Shown in pieces: positions 35,283 through 47,297 of a DNA stretch of 64,000 nt. The notes below the pieces were generated by a model. That model made no database searches. It was not told the origin of the DNA and saw only the letters and a list, made by a program, of their open reading frames with translations. Source of the stretch: Histomonas meleagridis 2922-C6/04-290x (Eukaryota; Protista; Parabasalia). Made by a program: the position numbers and the translations under genes. How positions within the stretch are numbered: position 1 is the stretch's first letter; every line of letters begins with the position of its first letter. Where the stretch lies: assembly GCA_020184695.1 (NCBI GenBank), contig JAANOX010000128.1, positions 243,982 through 307,981 of the forward strand, in the 5' to 3' direction.

Positions 35283-35938
35283 TGGAGAATAGTGATTGTC
35301 ACTTTTTGCTAATGGTTTTATATGTCAGTTTTTAGGGGGTGCCCTGCAATATAACGGTCTCCTTATATGTTGAAGGCAAACGATCAGTTGTGATTGAAAT
35401 AAACGGCCAATTAGTAAACATCAGAAATAAATTGTACAACTGGTTTGTTCAGAAAAATCGATATCTGAAAGAATTATAATATATTTAAATGAAAATAAGT
35501 TTCGGTGATAAAAATCCATAATATGGATTATAATTACTTCTGAGGGATTTATGTTTTCTGATCAAATGATCAAAAAGTAAAATGTTAAATATTTATGAGT
35601 TTCAAATTAATTTAAAAATAGTTAATCAAAAAGATAATCGAACAGATATTTTACTCTGATAAAATATGGCTGAAGATAATATTTTTGAATAAACTTTTTT
35701 TAATTCTTTGTGTACCGGAAGACGATCATTTTTTCAGTACTTTATAAATATAATTTATTCAATAGAATGATTTCAGTATAACCTGACTTTACCCCTTGGT
35801 CATATCGACCGTTAAAATCATTTAAAAACCTGCACTTTTTGAATTAATCATCATTTGATTTTATGAAACAACGTAGACCAAAACAGGGTCAGCCAATTTT
35901 TTTATAGCTTTTTGAAAGAAGCACTTCACAATTCAATT

Positions 35939-36529
35939 ATGGAAACATATAAGGTTGTGGTCCTCGGTGCAGGTGGTGTCGGAAAGTCTGCATTGACGAT
36001 TATGCTCGCCCAAGGTCGTTTCGTGACAACTTATGATCCAACAATCGAAGATAGCTACAAGAAAACGATCGTTGTTGATGATAAAGACGTTACACTCGAT
36101 ATTCTTGATACCGCAGGTCAGGATGATTTTGCTGCCATCCGTTCAACATACATGAGAAGTGGTCAAGGATTCATTGTCGTTTTTGCCGTTAATGATCCAA
36201 CATCTTTCGACTCAGTAGAAAGATTCCAAAAAGATATCAGAGTAACAAGTGGCAAAGATGATATCCCAATCATTGTTTGTGGAAATAAGTGCGATTTAGA
36301 AGGACGTCAGATCAAAAAAGAAGATGCTGAACAACTTTGTCAAAGCTATAACATCAAATACTTCGAAACATCTGCCAAGACTAACTACAATGTTACTGAA
36401 GTATTCGCAGAAATTACTCGTATGATGAGAGAACAAAATCCAGCCCTTAATGCATCTGGTTCTAAGAAAGAAGAAAAGAAAGAAGCCGGAGGCGAAGGAG
36501 GCGGTGGTAGTTGCTGCAACATTTTCTAA
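35939..36529 (+). CDS. Ras/Rap-family small GTPase
   Basis: GAGGVGKS, YDPTIEDSY, DTAGQ, NKCD, ETSAK, C-terminal CCNIF. Confidence 0.97.
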   Translation: METYKVVVLGAGGVGKSALTIMLAQGRFVTTYDPTIEDSYKKTIVVDDKDVTLDILDTAGQDDFAAIRSTYMRSGQGFIVVFAVNDPTSFDSVERFQKDIRVTSGKDDIPIIVCGNKCDLEGRQIKKEDAEQLCQSYNIKYFETSAKTNYNVTEVFAEITRMMREQNPALNASGSKKEEKKEAGGEGGGGSCCNIF

Positions 36530-37279
36530 AATCTAAAGTAAATTCGAATATTTCTTTTAGATCCTCGAAGATGGCAATCATAGAAAAAGCTCAAATAAAT
36601 AAAACACAAAAAATTCTGATGTTTTTCTATGATGTAGATGTTATTCTCTGAAAATTCAGTAGAAGAAAAATTTTTCCAGAAGTATTAAACGATGAAAATT
36701 TCCTGGAATTCAAACATGTTTAACAGAGTTAAATATATGGCGAACGTTAAGGGCGAGTGTTAAATGTGATCATTGTTTTTGACTAGTTTATAATCTTTTT
36801 GTGTAATATCAGAAAAGTGACAAAGTTAGGGAGAAAAAACAGAGCTTCAAATCAATTAAGGGTGAAAATAATGAAAAAAATGGAATTCCTGACAACACAA
36901 GAAGCGACAGATTTCTTATATAAATCATTCAAAGATTGACTTCAATTAATGTTATATGATATTAATCGGCGGAAAATCTATTTCACAGGCACAAAAATGA
37001 TACAAACCCAGTGCCTTTGAACTTGTGCTAACTAAAGAGTAGTTAAATGAGTCCAAACTGAACCAAAATGGAATTTTTTGAAGGTGCTCCTAACCAGTGA
37101 TTTACAAATTTATTGATAATTTTATTTTATATGAAAAAGTGGAATCAAGGTGCCCTTGCTTTGAATTTCTCTCAAAAGTGGCTCCATTGAAATTTTTCTG
37201 GCACGATTTGAATGTTGTTTTTGGGGTTTCAAATGTTACAGCTTATGTTAATCTTAAGTTTATGCATAAAATATTTTAT

Positions 37280-40200
37280 TTAACAATATCCGATTTTGTC
37301 ATATTTGCGATTATATAAATATTTTTTTCTGAGTAATAAATAAAATTTGATAAAAACAAGGTCGATAATATAAACTATCAAAGCTGAAATACAATCCGAA
37401 TGAAAAGTATAAGATAAACATGTGAACAGTGATAAGGACAAAATGGATAATGTGATTTCAATACCATTTAGCATCGAATTTGCGAAATTTGATTTTGAAC
37501 ATTTTATAAAAATTGATTCGCCTAATGGAACAGGTTTTATACCAAATACTTTATTTCCAACATTCATTTCTTCTATTTTATATTGATGTATTTTATCTTT
37601 TTTGTTTAAGAAATCTTTTAATGAATTGTTGAACATTTCGAATTCATCACTAATTGATTCCATAGAACTTTCTTCTTCATCTTCATCTGTTAATCCAAAT
37701 AATTTTTCTTCATGTTTTTTAATGTAATAAAAGAAATCTGGATCAAACATTACTTCAAAAGAAATTCCGGAATTTTTTGATTGTGGTAATGGCTCAATTA
37801 TTGGTAAAGTATCTTCATATTCATATTCAAATTTATTTTGTATATTCTGATTTGATTCAGAATATGATTCGTATTCTTCTTCTTCTTCTTCATTAATTGT
37901 TTGTGTGTATGATGTATCTGAACTAATTAGACCAACATCAGATGTTTTAGGTGAATCAACATCAAGAGATACAGATATTGTCGATGAATCAGTGTCTTGA
38001 GAAGTGGAATCTGATTTTGTGTTTGAATTATTTTTGGTACTTAATTTTTCAGTATTGGCTGAAGTTGAATTTATTTCTTTTTTATTGATTTCATGTGAAG
38101 ATAAATTTGATTTGCTTTTAGATGAAGATTGTGTTCCTTTTAAGCTTGCTTGGGAATTGTTTATTAATTCAGATTGAGAATTTTTTGATGTTTTATCATT
38201 AATGATTTCTTTGTTTGTTTCATTAACATTTATTTGTGTTTCTTTTACCGATTTATTACTTCTTCGAGAGTTTTGACTTTTTTCGCTATGTTCGGTATTA
38301 AAATTTTCATTTGTTTTATCTTTAATGTTTTCTTTGTTAGATTCATTTACATTTGTTGAATGAGTTTCTTTATCTGATTTGTTGCTTCTTTGAGAAACAA
38401 TACTTATTTCAATATGTTCAGATGAAGATTTCTCAATTGATTTATCTTTTTCTTTATTATTCATAGTTAATTTTATATCATTTCCGGATTTTTTGCTTCC
38501 TTTAGTAACAATTAATTCAATTGAATTCTTTTCTTCTGTAATCGATTTTTCATCAACAATTTCAGTATCTGATCCATCATCATAATCATATGAATCATCA
38601 ATTGTTAAATTGTTCATATTTTTGTTTTTTCCATGAATTAAAAATCCATATGTGTTTGATTTCATTATAAACACTGATATATTTAATGAAATGCAAAGAT
38701 TTCGAAAGTTATGAAAAGGATTTGTTGAACATTTCCAAATTAATCTTTTTACTAACCAAAAAACAATAGTTATAATTATCCAAATAAAAGAAGTTAATCC
38801 CACTTTAATTATTTCATAATTCTCTCCATTATTTACAAGTTCAATTGATGGAATTGAAGATGTATAAAGTTTTACATTTAATCCTTCCATAATAAAAACA
38901 ATTAAAATTAATGTAAAACTCAGAGATGTTGAACGCAATTTTGATAATTTAATCCACTCATTACATATAACAGTTCTTCTTTGATGGTTTAAATAAGAAT
39001 TTTTTGTATCATTTTGTTCCCAATCAATAATATAAAAAGTTCCAATTGATAAATAAAGAATTAATAAAAATCCACCAATAAATTTAAATATTGCACAAAT
39101 CCAAAGCATTACAAAGAAAAAATTATAATCAGAAATTTCAAGCAAAAATATATTCACAGATTTTGACCATTTATATGCACATAAAATATAAAAACTAATT
39201 AAAAAACTTGAAACAAAAAATGCGTTTCCGAAATAATCAAAAAATTTTCCAAAAAAATCAATTATGAAATATCGATTAAATCCATCAGAAATATTCGAAC
39301 GGATATTAAAAACAGTATGAAACAACAAAAAAGATATTGCAATAATTGCTGAAACAACATATATAACAATAACTAATGTCCAAAAATAATCATTTTGAAG
39401 TTCATAACTTACATGAAAAGAAAATCTTTGATCATATGAACTAAGTTCTTCTAAATACATTTGCTCATAATCAATTTCAATATAAGGTGGGTAAATTCTT
39501 TTATGATCATCTTTATGAACTTCAAATACTAATGAAATATCTTTTGCATATTGAATAATTCGATTGCTTTCTCTTGTTGAATAATTATCAAATAAAAAAA
39601 ATCTTCTGAAAAATTGATAATTGTTTTTGTTGTTTTCGCGATTCACATTAATTCCGTTTTGTCGGTATGTTTTTACCAAAACTGGAATTGGCCGAAGAAA
39701 ATTATTGTCATTTCCATCTGAAATAAAAGGTTCAAAAAAATCAGTAGTTTCCTCATCAATAATTTCTGTGAGGTTAAAGTTACATTTGCTATTGTAGTTA
39801 TTTCCAAATTTACGCCAAATTTGTCCAATGAAATCACGATAACCACATTTTTGAAGATTGGACTTGAGTTGCATCATTCCTTTATATTCTCCATGACGTG
39901 AAAAGCGCGCAAGGTAAATATCAATTTGGGAATTGTAATCGAAATTATTTGATACATAATCTTCGGATTGAATTTGATTGAAACTCTGTCTGAATTTATA
40001 AAAAATTGAATTGGTTGGCCAATCGCGGTAGTTGTATTGACCAGTTATTATGTTATCAGAAAAGATTATTTTCATTATTTGGCAATATGTAGATTCCTCT
40101 GAAAATGCATTTAGAACGCATGCATTAAGGAGTGCTTCGCAACTGTTTTGGCTGTAATGGTTTAAATAACATTCTTTTGCTGAATCTTCAATAAATTTTT

Positions 40201-40576
40201 GATAACTCAAATCTATCAAGCAACTTATTTGAGTTCCTTCTCTCCCATTATGATTTAAATCATAAAAAATCATGTTTTCTTCATTGTGCATTAACGAATC
40301 AATTTCTTGTGTATCATTTTCTGATAATAGGCAAACATATCCAGCTGTTAAATTTTTTTGGCAATTTGAAACACATGAGTTATTTGATGGATTATAAAAA
40401 GGAGTAGTTTCAGAGCATTGACATTTTCCATTAAAAGATGTAAATGGTGAAGGGCAATTTTTACATTGATATTCATATATGTCGAAATATTTTGTTAAAT
40501 CTATGGAGCAATTTTCTTGAATTAAAGGTTTGTTATCGACAACAGAAAGTGAGATAACAAAAAAAGCATTCAACAT
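37280..40576 (-). CDS. TMEM67: Meckelin (MKS3/TMEM67) with an S/N/K-rich insertion
   Basis: Cys-rich N-terminus, CEALLNACVL, RPIPVL, FFRRFFLFD, IIDWE, NEWIKL, LCISLNISVFIM..YGFLIHGK, multiple TMs. Confidence 0.85.
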   Translation of the reverse strand: MLNAFFVISLSVVDNKPLIQENCSIDLTKYFDIYEYQCKNCPSPFTSFNGKCQCSETTPFYNPSNNSCVSNCQKNLTAGYVCLLSENDTQEIDSLMHNEENMIFYDLNHNGREGTQISCLIDLSYQKFIEDSAKECYLNHYSQNSCEALLNACVLNAFSEESTYCQIMKIIFSDNIITGQYNYRDWPTNSIFYKFRQSFNQIQSEDYVSNNFDYNSQIDIYLARFSRHGEYKGMMQLKSNLQKCGYRDFIGQIWRKFGNNYNSKCNFNLTEIIDEETTDFFEPFISDGNDNNFLRPIPVLVKTYRQNGINVNRENNKNNYQFFRRFFLFDNYSTRESNRIIQYAKDISLVFEVHKDDHKRIYPPYIEIDYEQMYLEELSSYDQRFSFHVSYELQNDYFWTLVIVIYVVSAIIAISFLLFHTVFNIRSNISDGFNRYFIIDFFGKFFDYFGNAFFVSSFLISFYILCAYKWSKSVNIFLLEISDYNFFFVMLWICAIFKFIGGFLLILYLSIGTFYIIDWEQNDTKNSYLNHQRRTVICNEWIKLSKLRSTSLSFTLILIVFIMEGLNVKLYTSSIPSIELVNNGENYEIIKVGLTSFIWIIITIVFWLVKRLIWKCSTNPFHNFRNLCISLNISVFIMKSNTYGFLIHGKNKNMNNLTIDDSYDYDDGSDTEIVDEKSITEEKNSIELIVTKGSKKSGNDIKLTMNNKEKDKSIEKSSSEHIEISIVSQRSNKSDKETHSTNVNESNKENIKDKTNENFNTEHSEKSQNSRRSNKSVKETQINVNETNKEIINDKTSKNSQSELINNSQASLKGTQSSSKSKSNLSSHEINKKEINSTSANTEKLSTKNNSNTKSDSTSQDTDSSTISVSLDVDSPKTSDVGLISSDTSYTQTINEEEEEEYESYSESNQNIQNKFEYEYEDTLPIIEPLPQSKNSGISFEVMFDPDFFYYIKKHEEKLFGLTDEDEEESSMESISDEFEMFNNSLKDFLNKKDKIHQYKIEEMNVGNKVFGIKPVPLGESIFIKCSKSNFANSMLNGIEITLSILSLSLFTCLSYTFHSDCISALIVYIIDLVFIKFYLLLRKKYLYNRKYDKIGYC

Positions 40577-41028
40577 ATTAAGTACGTTTAGAAAATCACA
40601 CTTAAAATCTCAACAGCAAACAGAAGCATTTATCTCGAAATTCATATTATCTCTCAATCTACGCTCAGCTTTTTTCCACAAATTGTTGATGTTGCGTTCT
40701 GATGCAATCCAATAAGATCTGATGAAAATCAAAAAAAAATCCTTTGATCAAAAAGTTTTAACTCTAAGAGATCTTATGGAATTTTGTAAGAAAAGTTGTT
40801 TTTTACTTTCTAAAAGATTACTGATTAATAATTAAGTAATGTATTACAATTCATTTTTTTAATAAACTATTTTTTATCTTGTCTTGGAAGTTGACAAATG
40901 TTATGTATGTGCGAAGAAGACTACTTATCTCCTATCCGATAAATGGATAAATTCTTTTATATTAATTAACGGTCGTTTCAGCGAGGGAATTTGTATCGTC
41001 GATATTAAACGGTTTTGACAATAATTGG

Positions 41029-43107
41029 ATGGAAGAAGGAGAGTTTGAACTCCCACAAACGCTTGATATTACATCTAAAGAAGTCGATTTTAATGAAATG
41101 GAACAAGATATTGAGCGTTTTGCTTCTGAACCTTCTGTTCGTGAAGTCCTTGAAGTTGGTGTTGATCTTCAAAATTATAACAAAGATATTCAAAAAGAGC
41201 TCGAAATAGCAGAATTAAAATCCATTGATGATTACCTTCGACAAATTCCACGTGTTGAACGTCTTCATGATGAAATTGCATCTTGTGATAACATTCTTGA
41301 ATCCATGGAAGATTTACTTGTACAATTCAAGCGCTCACTAGGACAACTTTCATCAGACATGTGTAATCTTCAAAATCAATCACAAGAGATAACCATCAAA
41401 TTAAATAATCGAAAAGCACTTGATGTATGTCTTAGTGAGTTTACACGTAATTGTTGTGTAACTCGCGAATTTGTTGATAAAATCACCAATATGGAAGTTG
41501 GTCCAGCATATCAACAATTAGTTCAAGAACTCGTTACCAAAATCCAATTTATTCAGCGCAAAGACATCTGCAACAGCCAAGCAGTTCAAGATGCCAAAGT
41601 CACCATCAATGTACTTCGATCTCGCGCAACTGATCATATTCGAAAATGGATCATTTCATGCGTCAATGAGCTCCAATCATATCACGACCCAAAGCGCTCG
41701 CGCGATAACACTAAGCCACCGCCACGCGACAAACTTTCCATCCAAAATGCGATGATGCGATGCAGCAAACTTTTCACATTCCTCAAAGACAATTCGCCCG
41801 ACGTAGAGCACTCCACGCGCCAATACTATGTTGACATTGTTTCGCAAATCTATTCCAGCACATTTAAATCGAAAACGAAAAAACTATCGAAACAAATGGC
41901 GCAAATTTCGATGTCGGACGAAACGATTGTTCCATCATCGCAAAAAGGATTTTTCAGGACAAAGAAGATATCGTCAAATGAATCGACATTGTTTTTTTCT
42001 CTTGGTGATCGACAACGCCTTTTAAATGATGCACTTGCGCCACCGCAAATATTCACTGAAGATTCATATCCAGTGGAAGCTCTTGTTAGGTCACTTTATC
42101 AATCTTTAATTGATGATGTTACCGCTGAACATGTTTTTGCTTCTGAATTCTTTAGCGATGAAAACATTACTGCTCCTATTTTCGCACCGACAACAAAATA
42201 CTTGGAAGGGTTTATGGATGATTTAATAGCTAAGATTACTGATCCTGTTTGCGTCATTTTGTTACTTCGGTTCGCAATTGCTCATAAGGCCGAAATGGAA
42301 AGAAGGAAAATCTTCAAAATCGATCAGCATTTGACATCAGTTCAACACAAATTGTCCGAACGGTTTGACTCAATTATTGCGTTGAATTTAGCGGCTATCG
42401 AAAATGCTGATCTCAGAATCTTCCATCAAAACGAAGCTACAGATCATTATGCGAGTGCGATGGCCCGAAGGTTTTCAGAGTTTTCCGCTTCATTATCACA
42501 ACTTATGATTGATGATATTTCTGATATGATGACGTCACAATTACATGCGATAAGTGCATCAGTTATTGACTTATTAGAAAGAGCTGCAAGAGGATTTAAG
42601 TCACCAGAATTATCGGTTATTTTTTTAATTAACAATTATTATTTAATATTATCAACACTACAAACAATCAATGGTTGCGTATTATTAGAATTATTCCAAC
42701 AAAAACTAAATGATTGTACAATGCATTTTGTTGATTTGGAACTCGTTACAAACTTCAAGAAACTCGTGGAGACCGTTAGGCAGGCGTTTACGAAATTGGA
42801 ATCGAGAGAAGAACCGTTGCCGATAGCTATCGGCGAAAGTGAGCTGAAGGAGATAGCGGTGGAATTCAAGGAAAACCATGTAAAGAAGATGAAGCAAATT
42901 GCGGAATCACAAATTATGAAGTTCGACGATTTTCAAAACGGAATGGCGATCTTACAATTGTTAGCGAAAAGACTTGTTTTGTATTGGGCAAAGTTCGACC
43001 AGCTGTGTAGATCAGTGGTAAGAGGTGCTTCGCCTCCATGGCTCGTAAATATGCTTTCGGCACAACAACTTGTGTGCAATATCCGCCCTTTGACAGAGTC
43101 GTTTTAA
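41029..43107 (+). CDS. VPS52: GARP/EARP subunit Vps52
   Basis: GVDLQNY, SIDDYL, LHDEIASCDNILESMEDLLVQFKRSLGQLSSDM..LQNQS..KLNNRK, IFLINNYYLI. Confidence 0.9.
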   Translation: MEEGEFELPQTLDITSKEVDFNEMEQDIERFASEPSVREVLEVGVDLQNYNKDIQKELEIAELKSIDDYLRQIPRVERLHDEIASCDNILESMEDLLVQFKRSLGQLSSDMCNLQNQSQEITIKLNNRKALDVCLSEFTRNCCVTREFVDKITNMEVGPAYQQLVQELVTKIQFIQRKDICNSQAVQDAKVTINVLRSRATDHIRKWIISCVNELQSYHDPKRSRDNTKPPPRDKLSIQNAMMRCSKLFTFLKDNSPDVEHSTRQYYVDIVSQIYSSTFKSKTKKLSKQMAQISMSDETIVPSSQKGFFRTKKISSNESTLFFSLGDRQRLLNDALAPPQIFTEDSYPVEALVRSLYQSLIDDVTAEHVFASEFFSDENITAPIFAPTTKYLEGFMDDLIAKITDPVCVILLLRFAIAHKAEMERRKIFKIDQHLTSVQHKLSERFDSIIALNLAAIENADLRIFHQNEATDHYASAMARRFSEFSASLSQLMIDDISDMMTSQLHAISASVIDLLERAARGFKSPELSVIFLINNYYLILSTLQTINGCVLLELFQQKLNDCTMHFVDLELVTNFKKLVETVRQAFTKLESREEPLPIAIGESELKEIAVEFKENHVKKMKQIAESQIMKFDDFQNGMAILQLLAKRLVLYWAKFDQLCRSVVRGASPPWLVNMLSAQQLVCNIRPLTESF

Positions 43108-43348
43108 TAAAGTTTAATATTTTTTTAATGTTTTTCATTTGGTTTTGTAAATAATTTTAAAACTTTTTTTGTGTATTTGTAATTAAAATGATAAACAAAA
43201 AAAATTTTTTGTGTTATAAAAGATGAAAATAATAAAAATTCGTCGTTTTTATGTTATTTTTTTTCAAGGATTTTGTTATGTTGACAAAGAAATTACATAA
43301 AATATGAAATGGTTAATTTTTAACTTTTTAATAATTATTAAAATATAG

Positions 43349-44089
43349 ATGCAGAGGTTTCTTAGGAAAACAAAAAAAAGATTTGTTATAGGAATTGGTA
43401 CAATAAAAGATAAAGAAAATGATTTGTTATTTGATGAAAAAGAGAAAATTCTAAAGGATTATCAGGAGATGTTATCTACTTTTCAAGATGCGGTGAATGA
43501 TTATATGGGAATGATTAAAAGAATAGGAAATGTTTCGAGTAAATTGGGTGATGTTATGAGTCATTCATCACTAATTGATGAAGATACAAAAAAACACAAA
43601 TTTGAAGGAGAACAGATGAGAGCTTTATGTTTAAAAATATGTAATTTGATTGAAGTATTTACGAGAAATATTTTTGATGAACAACAACAAATTATTAACT
43701 CGATAAAAGTTATTAGGGAAAAAAGAAAGAAAAACAAAATATTAAAAGTTCAAGAAGCTAAAAATTATGAAAAAGCAAAAAAGAATAAAAAAGACATACA
43801 AAAATATGAAGAAGCTTATAGAAGAAGAACCCAAAAATTTGAAAATTATCAATATCAATTTGTTTATGACGTTGAAATGTTAAATAATGGAAAAACAGAA
43901 TTCATTAAAAAAATTTTTGGAGCTATTCTTTTTTATTCTAAGGAAATTATCGAAGTGCAAAATAATGTGATAGACTCAATATTTATAAAATATTGTAGTG
44001 AACCTATTAAATCATTGTTTCCTACATGTAATGCAGCTGAACCAAAATTCGAAGAAATTAGTTATGGTAATGATGAAAATTTAATTTAA
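43349..44089 (+). CDS. BAR-like helical coiled-coil protein
   Basis: 246-aa all-helical K/E-rich ORF with BAR-like layout. Confidence 0.5.
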   Translation: MQRFLRKTKKRFVIGIGTIKDKENDLLFDEKEKILKDYQEMLSTFQDAVNDYMGMIKRIGNVSSKLGDVMSHSSLIDEDTKKHKFEGEQMRALCLKICNLIEVFTRNIFDEQQQIINSIKVIREKRKKNKILKVQEAKNYEKAKKNKKDIQKYEEAYRRRTQKFENYQYQFVYDVEMLNNGKTEFIKKIFGAILFYSKEIIEVQNNVIDSIFIKYCSEPIKSLFPTCNAAEPKFEEISYGNDENLI

Positions 44090-44383
44090 ATAAAAAGAAA
44101 ACCATTTATTAATAAATTACATTTTCATAAATTTAAAAAATTCTTTAAACTTTTAGATAATCAAGGCGAATAACTCATATTTGCATAAACATATGCAATA
44201 ATTAAAAATGAAGTAAATGTTGAATAAAAATTTTCATTAAAACAAAAATATGGATCAAAATGCATAATGTTCAACAAAATTTGGTTTTTCCCTTTATTTC
44301 ATGTGATTAAATAGTAAAAAAATCAAAAAAATTATTTGTATCATTTATTATTAATTATCAATTTTTACTTTGCAAACACTTAG

Positions 44384-45106
44384 TTAAAATTCATCTTTTT
44401 CAGAATCAATTATAATCTGGCGAATATCATCATAAAGTGAATATGGAATTTTGTTTGCATTTATCGCAGGTCTCATATCAGTATCAGTCATAACTTCCAA
44501 AATCGCATATGAAAACGCGTCCTTGAGAGTATCGTCTGCCTCAAGGAGTATGCTTGGATCTTTTGTATTAATATTTCCGAAGAAGAAGAGATTATCTGGT
44601 GTTCGTTTGAGAGTTACGCCAACAGGTCTTAGACGCTCATTAGTCATCGTGAATATTTTCTCTTGCGCTTCTGATAATCCTTTTAATGGCATAACTTTAA
44701 AACCTCCGAACCAACGTTCGATTTGATTCAGATGATCTCGATATGGACCAACACGAACATTATACCCATCTATTTCTGTGGAGCGAGCTGATTTAAGTGG
44801 TTTTGGAGGTTTTTGATCTGAGAATTTTTCTATAATTGGTCCAATGGTATCATCTGTTTTTTGTGGGCATAAACTAGATTTAAATTGTTGACTATTAAAT
44901 TGACATTCTTGTGAGCAGAATATAGGGGCATCATGCCAATCTTTACAAACAACAGGATTTGGACATTTTGCCCATCCACAAAGTTGACACATATTCCTCT
45001 CAACAACATAATCTTTATATGAATCGAATGTTAAAAGTGGATTAGTAAGAACATCATCGGCTACAACTGGTTCTGTAAAAGCTTCAATAAAATCAAGTTC
45101 CTCCAT
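44384..45106 (-). CDS. RPAP2: Rtr1/RPAP2-like RNA Pol II-associated protein
   Basis: YKDYVVERNMCQLCGWAKC...FCSQEC Zn motif; ATG 45106 follows TCACT (ATG 45121 is the alternative). Confidence 0.75.
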   Translation of the reverse strand: MEELDFIEAFTEPVVADDVLTNPLLTFDSYKDYVVERNMCQLCGWAKCPNPVVCKDWHDAPIFCSQECQFNSQQFKSSLCPQKTDDTIGPIIEKFSDQKPPKPLKSARSTEIDGYNVRVGPYRDHLNQIERWFGGFKVMPLKGLSEAQEKIFTMTNERLRPVGVTLKRTPDNLFFFGNINTKDPSILLEADDTLKDAFSYAILEVMTDTDMRPAINANKIPYSLYDDIRQIIIDSEKDEF

Positions 45107-45153
45107 ATAGAAAAGTGACATTTCATATAAAGTTTTCAAATCACAGTCAATGT

Positions 45154-46542
45154 TCAATGAACATTGGCTACAAAGCAAAGCTCAAAATAGGGAAAATAAG
45201 CAAAACAAGATTTGTCAGAAATGTACCTAAGGAACCAGAAGAAAAGAAAGAATTGTATTATGAAGAAATGCCATATTCTTATGAACAGTTTGTTGAACTT
45301 GAAGGTCCAAGAATCGTGGATTCCATAATAAATGCACATTGTATTGAAAGTGATATGGAAAATCTCATGAAATGCATATGTTATCCAGAATTTACTTTTG
45401 ACATTTCATTTTTTCAAAATCCTTTTATTGATGGACTTCTTCTCATACTTAAATCAGCCGAGCCAGGCCTATGCAAGCAAACTCTTCATTTTATTCAATA
45501 TATGTGGTATTTACATCCAGAGAATTTCACACCCCCAGAACTAATTGATGCAGTTTTTTGTTGTTTTAATTATGTTGAAATGAACATCAGAAAGCGAGCA
45601 CTTCATGCACTTTTTAATTATGCATCAATTAGTCCTGAATGTCAATATTATTTAATTCGACAACATGACATTTTTGATTATCTTAGGAAATATCTCCTTA
45701 GTTGCACATATCATAAAGAATATTCGCCTGGTTATAAAATGCTTTTCTTGCTCATCAACGATCGCACAGAGGAATTTCACTACCAAATTCAACAGTTTAT
45801 TCCAATTCTGAAGTTTACATTGATGAACAGTTCGACGATTGTTCGAAGGATGACGTTATGGTCACTTGCGCCAATATTAGAGTCGCCCAGACTATTCCAA
45901 TATTGTTCTCATTTTGAAATTCATAACGAACTTAGTCAAATTTGCACATCTGTAATTGATCCTGAGTATGCGTATTATTATTATCGTTGTGTTTTTGCAT
46001 ATGTACATGACGGATATACATTTATATTTAGTCAGCGAACATTTTTAAATTGTTTTCGTCCAATTTTAGCGAAAAAGTTGACGGACAATATATCTCCTGT
46101 TTTTTATACAATTGCATGTTTAATACCTAGAAACTGGGAATACATTGTGGTACAACAAAATCTCGATGAGTTATTTATCGAATATGCCCTGAATAGTTCC
46201 ACAGATAACAAAATTTCGGCATCGTTGTGTATTTCGCAATTAATTATCTATTCCCATCCGCAGCTTAAAGATCAAATAGCGTTGAATGGTGGTCTTGAAT
46301 CGATTTGTGATTTGTTCGAATGCTTTTCTGAGGAAGAATTAATTTCAGCTCTCCGAGCGCTGTATGAGTTACTTGAGCTAAACCTTGTGCAGTACCAAGA
46401 GAAACTTCTGAGCGAGCAAATGGGCGAAAGAATTTACTCGATCGAAGCGGTAAACGGCTCCGCTTTAGAAAAGCTGAAAAGTGCCGTTTTAGAAAAGCTG
46501 AGCACCGAAATCGAAGAATTGGACGAAAAAAGCGATTTTTGA
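45154..46542 (+). CDS. ARM/HEAT-like helical repeat protein
   Basis: Helical repeats such as RKRALHALFNYA, SASLCISQLI, GGLESICDL. Confidence 0.65.
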   Translation, partial: SMNIGYKAKLKIGKISKTRFVRNVPKEPEEKKELYYEEMPYSYEQFVELEGPRIVDSIINAHCIESDMENLMKCICYPEFTFDISFFQNPFIDGLLLILKSAEPGLCKQTLHFIQYMWYLHPENFTPPELIDAVFCCFNYVEMNIRKRALHALFNYASISPECQYYLIRQHDIFDYLRKYLLSCTYHKEYSPGYKMLFLLINDRTEEFHYQIQQFIPILKFTLMNSSTIVRRMTLWSLAPILESPRLFQYCSHFEIHNELSQICTSVIDPEYAYYYYRCVFAYVHDGYTFIFSQRTFLNCFRPILAKKLTDNISPVFYTIACLIPRNWEYIVVQQNLDELFIEYALNSSTDNKISASLCISQLIIYSHPQLKDQIALNGGLESICDLFECFSEEELISALRALYELLELNLVQYQEKLLSEQMGERIYSIEAVNGSALEKLKSAVLEKLSTEIEELDEKSDF

Positions 46543-46678
46543 CGCAGACAATTTGGGGAATGTGCGCAAAAATGAGTGAACGGAATGTTTTGTAACATCA
46601 AATGAAATTTCATAAAATGTAATTTAATTATCTGAAATGAAAATATTATTTGTTTATTATATATACGTGAAATTGTTG

Positions 46679-47140
46679 TTACTTATGACTCGTTTTACCA
46701 TTACGACATCGATAATTAACAAAATATGTCCGTATTTGGCGGGTGGTGAGATTCGTTTGCTTCGAAAGAATTTTGGTCTCTGACTTAGAAAGATATGGCG
46801 TGTCGTGATTTCTTATCCAATCATTTAATATTGTGCGCTGTTCATTTGTGAAATTTTTCCTTCTTCTAATTGCTTTTTGTGCTTCAGGAGCAGTTGGACA
46901 TTTGGGAGCTTCATTTGGTACCATATCAAAATGTTTGATTTGATTCATTATTTCAGGACTGAAGAAAATATCACCAAAGATGTCAAATTGTTCTTGTTGT
47001 GGTTCCTGTTCGACTGGGTCAGGATATGTACAATTAGTTTCTTGTTCCAGAATGTTTGGGAAGCCATCATCAATTTTTTCAATGACATTATCAAATATAA
47101 ATTCGTCACTTCCAAAGCTAAAGTCGAAGAATGTTTCCAT
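46679..47140 (-). CDS. TALE/KN-type homeobox protein
   Basis: RRRKNFTNEQRTILNDWIRNHDTPYLS...QIRTYFVNYRCR. Confidence 0.85.
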   Translation of the reverse strand: METFFDFSFGSDEFIFDNVIEKIDDGFPNILEQETNCTYPDPVEQEPQQEQFDIFGDIFFSPEIMNQIKHFDMVPNEAPKCPTAPEAQKAIRRRKNFTNEQRTILNDWIRNHDTPYLSKSETKILSKQTNLTTRQIRTYFVNYRCRNGKTSHK

Positions 47141-47297
47141 TAATATAACTAAATGAAGTAATCCATCAGAGAGCGTTTGTAACACAATTCGAAGACTCAG
47201 TTGCACATTACAAACCGTTATTTTGTTTGAATTTTTCTATTCAATAACCGATTGATGACTCACTTAGAGTCGACCGTTAAAATCATCTTCAACTTTT

